This document shows positions 15,119 to 20,000 of a stretch of DNA of 20,000 bases, in pieces. This DNA is from an uncultured virus (IMG/VR IMGVR_UViG_3300010278_000172) (Duplodnaviria > Heunggongvirae > Uroviricota > Caudoviricetes): IMG/VR virus record IMGVR_UViG_3300010278_000172; one strand, 5' to 3'. The position numbers and the translations under genes are program-made. Below the pieces are notes generated by a model, which was given only the letters and a program-made list of their open reading frames with translations, had not been told where the DNA came from and made no database searches. Positions within the stretch are counted from its first letter, which is position 1; each line of letters begins with the position of its first letter.

Positions 15119-16269
15119 CAGCAAAAGAAAAAATGACTGCTCCGATTACATCTGTTGGCGCAGATGTGGAACAGCCATCAAGTAATAAATTAACCAACCA
15201 AAGTATAGCAGATTTGCCCGGCAAGGGCAATCTGCAAGCCACAAATAATGCGGGAAATACAGCAAAATCAGCAAATAAAAAGAATCCGGATGATCTGGAA
15301 ACCGTTTCTATGATGGAATTATATGATACTGCATATCCACCGAAGCTGCCGATTGTAGATGGACTTCTGTATAACGGAACGTATTTGTTTGTGGGTTCAC
15401 CGAAAATCGGGAAATCATTTTTTATGGCACAGATCGGGTATCACATCAGTAAAGGACTTCCATTGTGGGGCTTTTCAGTCAGACAGGGAACTGTTCTTTA
15501 TTTGGCACTGGAAGATGATTATGCAAGGTTGCAGAAGCGATTATCACAGATGTTTGGAATGGAAGGCAGTGAGAATTTTTATTTCGCTACAAAATCCAAA
15601 TCGCTCAATGACGGACTGGAAAGACAGCTTGTAACGTTTGTGACAGAGCATAAAGATGCAAGGCTGATCATCATTGATACTCTTCAGAAAGTACGTGAGG
15701 TTGGTGGAGATAAATTCAGTTATGCCAGTGACTATGAGATTGTAACAAAGCTGAAAGCGTTCAGTGACAAATATGGCATCTGTTTTCTGGTAGTGCATCA
15801 TACGAGAAAGATGGAATCTTCAGACAGTTTTGATATGATTTCCGGCACGAATGGTCTGCTGGGAGCTGCAGACGGAGCGTTTGTTATGCAGAAAGAAAAG
15901 CGGACAGATAATAAGGCAGTTCTGGAAGTGGCAGGGCGAGACCAACAGGATCAGAAATTGTGGCTGAACTTTAACCGTGAGAGATGTGTCTGGGAACTTA
16001 CCAAGACAGAAACAGAACTCTGGAAAGAACCAGAAGATCCATTGTTGGAGAAAATCAAAGAACTTGTAACAGAAACTCAGCCAGAGTGGATTGGCACAGC
16101 AACAGAATTGGTACAAGTCCTGCAGGTGGAAATGCAGCCGAACGCATTATCAAGAAAATTAAATGTCAGCCTGGAACGTCTGATTCTGGAATATGGAATT
16201 CAGTATAAAACAGAGCGGGGACACGATGGAAGAAAAATCAGATTGACCTTTGTTGGAAAACAAGCGTGA
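15115..16269 (+). CDS. AAA_25/RepA-like helicase (replication ATPase)
   Basis: Walker A GSPKIGKS, LYLALED, Walker B LIIIDTLQ, VVHHTRK. Confidence 0.88.
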   Translation: MTAKEKMTAPITSVGADVEQPSSNKLTNQSIADLPGKGNLQATNNAGNTAKSANKKNPDDLETVSMMELYDTAYPPKLPIVDGLLYNGTYLFVGSPKIGKSFFMAQIGYHISKGLPLWGFSVRQGTVLYLALEDDYARLQKRLSQMFGMEGSENFYFATKSKSLNDGLERQLVTFVTEHKDARLIIIDTLQKVREVGGDKFSYASDYEIVTKLKAFSDKYGICFLVVHHTRKMESSDSFDMISGTNGLLGAADGAFVMQKEKRTDNKAVLEVAGRDQQDQKLWLNFNRERCVWELTKTETELWKEPEDPLLEKIKELVTETQPEWIGTATELVQVLQVEMQPNALSRKLNVSLERLILEYGIQYKTERGHDGRKIRLTFVGKQA

Positions 16270-16347
16270 CGATATGTGACGGTTGTGACGGTATTTTATA
16301 TAGCGTGTCGGTAGTGAAAATATCGTCACCATCGTCACGACCGTCAC
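16266..16347. repeat. Three GTGACG direct repeats facing three inverted CGTCAC repeats; putative replication origin
   Basis: GTGACG at 16266, 16276 and 16285; CGTCAC at 16324, 16333 and 16342; 33-bp spacer between the two arrays. Confidence 0.7.
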
Positions 16348-16360
16348 GGAAAGGAGAAAG

Positions 16361-16603
16361 ATGGAAAGAAAATCACAGGTACAGATACCAAAAGATTTAT
16401 TACTGGCGTTGTTTCAGTATCATCTAGCCGGGAACGAGGAATATCTGCCGGAGATAGAAAAGGCATTGATGGAAAAATTAGACAGTATGGTAAAGCGTCA
16501 GTTATATACAACATTCAAAACAGCATCAACCGAGGAAGAACGTGAAAAGGCAAGACAGGAATATTTGGATAAGTGCGGAATGCAAGAGGACTTTCGTTGG
16601 TAA
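16361..16603 (+). CDS. Hypothetical IME protein (80 aa)
   Basis: AAGGAG RBS; helical composition. Confidence 0.7.
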   Translation: MERKSQVQIPKDLLLALFQYHLAGNEEYLPEIEKALMEKLDSMVKRQLYTTFKTASTEEEREKARQEYLDKCGMQEDFRW

Positions 16604-16778
16604 AGATTCTGCTTGATTACCTTATGACAGGAGCGTGGCACGCACCTGTAGATAGCAGACAAGGAGAAAGTCGGTAAGGTGCAGTTGGGAGTTGGCTGGT
16701 GAAGCAAGGAGATTTTCAAAAGGGGACCCTGATTCAGGGCGTCCTTGCGGAAATGACAAATGAAGGGAGAACGAAACA

Positions 16779-17006
16779 ATGAGAGAAGGAAGATTAGGTT
16801 ACAACAGTTATAACAAAAGATATGGTTTATTATCATCAGATTTATGGATTGATACGGGATTTCATTGCGGAGAATGCCTGGAAGTGTTAGTAGATGATCA
16901 GTGGGTAAAAACCAGAATGGAAATGAATCCAGCGAGAGAATGGTATCTGGTTGGAACACCGTATTGCGGAGATTTGGAGTATGTGCGGGCAAGGATACCG
17001 GAATAA
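16779..17006 (+). CDS. DUF5348-like protein
   Basis: GFHCGECLEVLVDDQWVKTRME motif. Confidence 0.7.
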   Translation: MREGRLGYNSYNKRYGLLSSDLWIDTGFHCGECLEVLVDDQWVKTRMEMNPAREWYLVGTPYCGDLEYVRARIPE

Positions 17007-17074
17007 AATAGACAGGAAGAGTAATAGTTGGTTTGTTGTTAGTGAAAAAATAAGCCCGGATACGGGCAGAAAAA

Positions 17075-17245
17075 GAGGGCGGATACGCCCAAAATAGAAG
17101 GCTGAAGCCAGGTTATGGCAGGCAGGAAGTATCTCACAAAGTCCTCGGCGTTTGAGAGCGAAATACACCCATCGCACAAATCAAAGATTTGTACTCAGGG
17201 TATTTCGCCCTGCCGGGGTGCTAAGTGCCAGTGGCACTTGTTAAG
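17075..17245. other. Putative oriT region with several inverted repeats upstream of the relaxase
   Basis: GGGCGgataCGCCC; GCGAAATAC...GTATTTCGC; ACAAATC-AAA-GATTTGT; AAGTGCCA-G-TGGCACTT. Confidence 0.5.
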
Positions 17246-17367
17246 CACCGACCGAAGCGGAGCGTAGACTGTTTGTGCCGGAAACGGCAGTTAGTTCGTA
17301 AACGGATGCCGATGCATCCACTCACAGATAGTACGGCAGAATTTACTTTGCCGAAAACAAGGAGGGA

Positions 17368-18909
17368 GTGCCTATCGGAAGAAATTCATTTATTCAAATG
17401 ACAAAACTAAGCAATGTAAAAGGCAGGATCAGTTATATATCCAGTCATGCAAAACAGGAAAATCTCTATGCGGTTTATGAAACCACAGAACGGAAATTCT
17501 GGCGGGAACTTGCAAAATGTAATCAGGAAGAATTTGTAAAAAGCGGGACAGAAGGAAAATGTATTGAGGCAAGAGAATTGATCATTGCTATGCCAGAGAG
17601 CTTTACAGAATATCAGCCGGACAGATTGCTACAGCTTTTTACAAATCATTTCAAGCAGAATTATGGAACAGAGTGTATTGCTGCTTTGCATCACAATAAA
17701 AGAAAAACAAATTATCACATTCATCTGATATTTGCAGAACGGAAGCTATTGGATGAACCAATCATTAAGACTGCCAGTAGAGATATGTTTTATGATGAAA
17801 ATGGGAAACATGTCAGAACCAAGAAAGAGATACTGGGAGAAGAGGGTGAGATACGAGAAGGCTGCCGCATTGTGAAAAAAGGTGAGGTGTATGAGAAGAG
17901 GCTGTTTACAGCGAAAGATGAACGTTTCAAGAGTAATTCATTTCTGGATGAAGTAAAGCATTCTTATACAGACTTAATTAATATTTATGTGCAGGACGAG
18001 AAACAGAAACTGCAGGTATTTGAGCGTGGTGGTGTGTATCTTGCAACAAAGAAAATCGGAAAGAACAATCCAAAAGCACATGAGATAGAAGACGATAACC
18101 AGAAACGTCAGGAATGGAACAGAGCGGTTGATATGGCATTGATCAGCGGAGTACCAGAACTGCAGATAGTGGAAGTGAAACGAAAACAAATCACTGAACC
18201 AATCAAGAAATCCATTGCCCGGCAAGGAAACAGACCGGGATTATTTGCCAGAGTTGTAACAGTGGCGGTTGAAGCACTGGAATTTTTGATAGAAAGTATG
18301 TTGTTTAAGAAATCCAGGGAAGTGTCGGAACAGACAAGCATGATACAGGCAGGAATGCCGGAAGCGGAGCAAACAGAGAGCATTGCAGAAAATATCGTAC
18401 CAGAGAGTATAGCGATAAAAGAAGAAAAGACAGAACCAAAGCAACCAGAAATGACGAGGCTTGCATCGAAGTATCCGAAATTTTTCAAAGTTAAGAAAGA
18501 GCTGGACGAACAAAATGTTGCAATTCAACAGAAACAAAAACAGCTTTCTGCAAAGAAAAAAGAACTGTCAGAAGTCAAAGGCTTGTTTAAGGGAAGAAAG
18601 AAAAAAGAATTGCAGAAAGAAATTGATGAACTGACAAGCCACATTAGAGATATGAAAGATTATCTTCCAAGGATTGTGCAGAAAATCGGCTACAGAAATG
18701 TACAGGAATTTCTAAAAGATGTCAAAGTTTCTCAAATTGAGTATAACCAGTATCGAATTGCAATAGAAAAATGGAAGAATGAAACAGGAAAAGAACCAGT
18801 ATCGCATGGCATTAGGGCGAAGCTGGCAGAAAAGAAACAGGAAATACAAAACGAACAGAAAAATAAACAGCGTACCCATAAACAGAATAAAGATCGGGGT
18901 GCAAGATAG
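17368..18909 (+). CDS. MobA/MobL-family (MOBQ-like) relaxase with coiled-coil C-terminus
   Basis: N-terminal Tyr (RISYISS), EARELIIAMP and HUH motif ALHHNKRKTNYHIHLIF; AAGGAGG RBS before GTG. Confidence 0.88.
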   Translation: MPIGRNSFIQMTKLSNVKGRISYISSHAKQENLYAVYETTERKFWRELAKCNQEEFVKSGTEGKCIEARELIIAMPESFTEYQPDRLLQLFTNHFKQNYGTECIAALHHNKRKTNYHIHLIFAERKLLDEPIIKTASRDMFYDENGKHVRTKKEILGEEGEIREGCRIVKKGEVYEKRLFTAKDERFKSNSFLDEVKHSYTDLINIYVQDEKQKLQVFERGGVYLATKKIGKNNPKAHEIEDDNQKRQEWNRAVDMALISGVPELQIVEVKRKQITEPIKKSIARQGNRPGLFARVVTVAVEALEFLIESMLFKKSREVSEQTSMIQAGMPEAEQTESIAENIVPESIAIKEEKTEPKQPEMTRLASKYPKFFKVKKELDEQNVAIQQKQKQLSAKKKELSEVKGLFKGRKKKELQKEIDELTSHIRDMKDYLPRIVQKIGYRNVQEFLKDVKVSQIEYNQYRIAIEKWKNETGKEPVSHGIRAKLAEKKQEIQNEQKNKQRTHKQNKDRGAR

Positions 18910-18919
18910 GAGGACAATC

Positions 18920-19297
18920 ATGGAAAAACACATTATGGGAGAAAATGGTATTAGCTACACTTTAGGAGAGGACGGTCTGTATTATCCAGACCTGTACCTC
19001 CCGGAAGAAACAGAGTATCCAATTGGAAAGTATGGAATGTTGAGAAAAACTTACTTGAAAGAGCATCGGAAAGGCTTATATCTGGAGCTGGTACTTGCCG
19101 GGAAGTTAAATGAACATCTGCATCAGATTGACGAGGAGTGTAATCAGATGATGGATAGACTGGTGGAGCAGATGAAAGAAAAGCAGGGAGTGACAGAAGA
19201 ATTGAAGATGCAGAATCAGATGGCATGGGTTGGGAGAATGAATAATATTCGGGCTTGTGCGGAGGAGATTGTGTATAAGACCATTTTGTATCGATAG
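18920..19297 (+). CDS. tnpV: TnpV-family transposon-encoded protein
   Basis: GLYYPDL...IGKYGMLRKTYLKEHR...GVTEELK...WVGRMNNIRACAEEIV; AGGAGG RBS before ATG 18920. Confidence 0.85.
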   Translation: MEKHIMGENGISYTLGEDGLYYPDLYLPEETEYPIGKYGMLRKTYLKEHRKGLYLELVLAGKLNEHLHQIDEECNQMMDRLVEQMKEKQGVTEELKMQNQMAWVGRMNNIRACAEEIVYKTILYR

Positions 19298-19356
19298 ATT
19301 CGATTGAGCATTCTATGATATTTTATTAAATGCGTCAAAAGAAAGTGAGGTACGAA

Positions 19357-19962
19357 ATGATAAACAAATATGGATATGTTCGAGTAAGCACAAAAGATCA
19401 GAATGAAGATCGACAATTGGAGGCGATGAAACAATTAGAAATTTTAGAGAAAAATATTTATGTGGAAAAAATATCAGGAAAGGATTTTAATAGACCAGTG
19501 TATCAAAAACTGGTGAAAAAATTGAGAGCAGATGATTTGCTTTATATAAAAAGTATTGATAGGTTGGGAAGAAATTACGAAGAGATTTTAGAACAATGGA
19601 GAATTCTTACAAAAGAAAAGAAAGTGGATATTATTGTTTTGGATATGCCGTTATTGGATACGAGAAGAGGAAAGGATCTTATGGGGACATTTTTGAGTGA
19701 TATTGTTTTGCAGGTGTTATCTTTTGTAGCTGAAAATGAAAGAAGTAACATAAAACAGCGTCAAGCGGAAGGAATTGCTGTTGCCAAAGCTAAAGGTGTC
19801 CGTTTTGGACGTCCACCGAAGCCATTACCAAAAGATTTCCACAAGATATATAAGAAATGGAAAGAGGGAAAAATATCAGGTGTAGTTGCCGCAAATGCCT
19901 GCAATATGCCGATTTCTACGTTTTTGTATAAGGCGAAGTCTTACGAAAAAGTTGAAAAATAA
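19357..19962 (+). CDS. Small serine recombinase (resolvase/invertase)
   Basis: YGYVRVSTKDQ catalytic Ser motif, SIDRLGRN, GVRFGRP and C-terminal HTH; GAGG RBS before ATG 19357. Confidence 0.92.
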   Translation: MINKYGYVRVSTKDQNEDRQLEAMKQLEILEKNIYVEKISGKDFNRPVYQKLVKKLRADDLLYIKSIDRLGRNYEEILEQWRILTKEKKVDIIVLDMPLLDTRRGKDLMGTFLSDIVLQVLSFVAENERSNIKQRQAEGIAVAKAKGVRFGRPPKPLPKDFHKIYKKWKEGKISGVVAANACNMPISTFLYKAKSYEKVEK

Positions 19963-19976
19963 GAAAGAAGAGCAAT

Positions 19977-20000
19977 TACAAAAAAGTGTACTTTTTTGTA
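19977..20000. repeat. Palindrome TACAAAAAAGT-GT-ACTTTTTTGTA; candidate serine-recombinase crossover site
   Basis: Perfect 11-bp arms around a 2-bp centre, directly after the recombinase gene. Confidence 0.5.

Larger units (their letters stand above)
12690..20000. mobile_element. Integrative mobilizable element (tyrosine integrase + MobA/MobL relaxase); right end outside window, left boundary approximate
   Basis: Gene order XRE, xis, int, RHH, AAA_25, relaxase, tnpV, serine recombinase; no conjugation (T4SS) genes in the window. Confidence 0.85.

Noticed and set aside
16266..16347. CRISPR-like array
   Set aside because: Repeats are only 6 bp with 3-4 bp gaps and occur in two orientations; no cas genes.
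16498..16992. 164-aa minus-strand ORF and the other antisense ORFs in the track
   Set aside because: They overlap well-supported opposite-strand genes and have no recognisable motifs.
1142..19356. Longest-ORF starts at 1142, 3137, 6564, 6859, 7195, 13344, 14672, 18779 and 19330
   Set aside because: Downstream starts (1199, 3167, 6612, 6880, 7222, 13275, 14795, 18920, 19357) have better RBSs and/or avoid long overlaps with neighbouring genes.
1..20000. A second VR/target gene for the DGR
   Set aside because: By eye I found no other copy of the TR core (e.g. GGTTTCCGCTCCGC) in the window; remote targets elsewhere in the genome cannot be excluded.

Overview
Low-GC, Firmicutes-like DNA (probably Lachnospiraceae/Clostridia; inferred) containing two adjacent mobile elements. 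(1) Positions ~1-12650 are the right part of a contractile-tailed prophage. It carries baseplate/tail genes and a complete diversity-generating retroelement (DGR): a CLec/FGE-fold target gene with VR 4613-4727, a GATA-loop hairpin, avd, TR 5244-5358 and an RT. All 15 TR/VR mismatches fall on TR adenines. A lysis cassette, an XRE regulator and a divergently transcribed amidoligase/gamma-glutamylcyclotransferase accessory module follow. (2) Positions ~12690-20000 are an integrative mobilizable element: XRE repressor, Xis, tyrosine integrase, MobC-like RHH protein, AAA_25 helicase with adjacent iteron-like repeats, MobA/MobL relaxase, TnpV and a serine recombinase. The least expected signal is a 28-bp motif (24/28 identical) that sits at the same distance from an extended -10 box upstream of both the avd-TR-RT operon and the XRE gene 4.8 kb away, suggesting a dedicated transcriptional switch for the DGR. 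The RT also departs from the usual DGR motif (IGGGLSH rather than IGxxxSQ).
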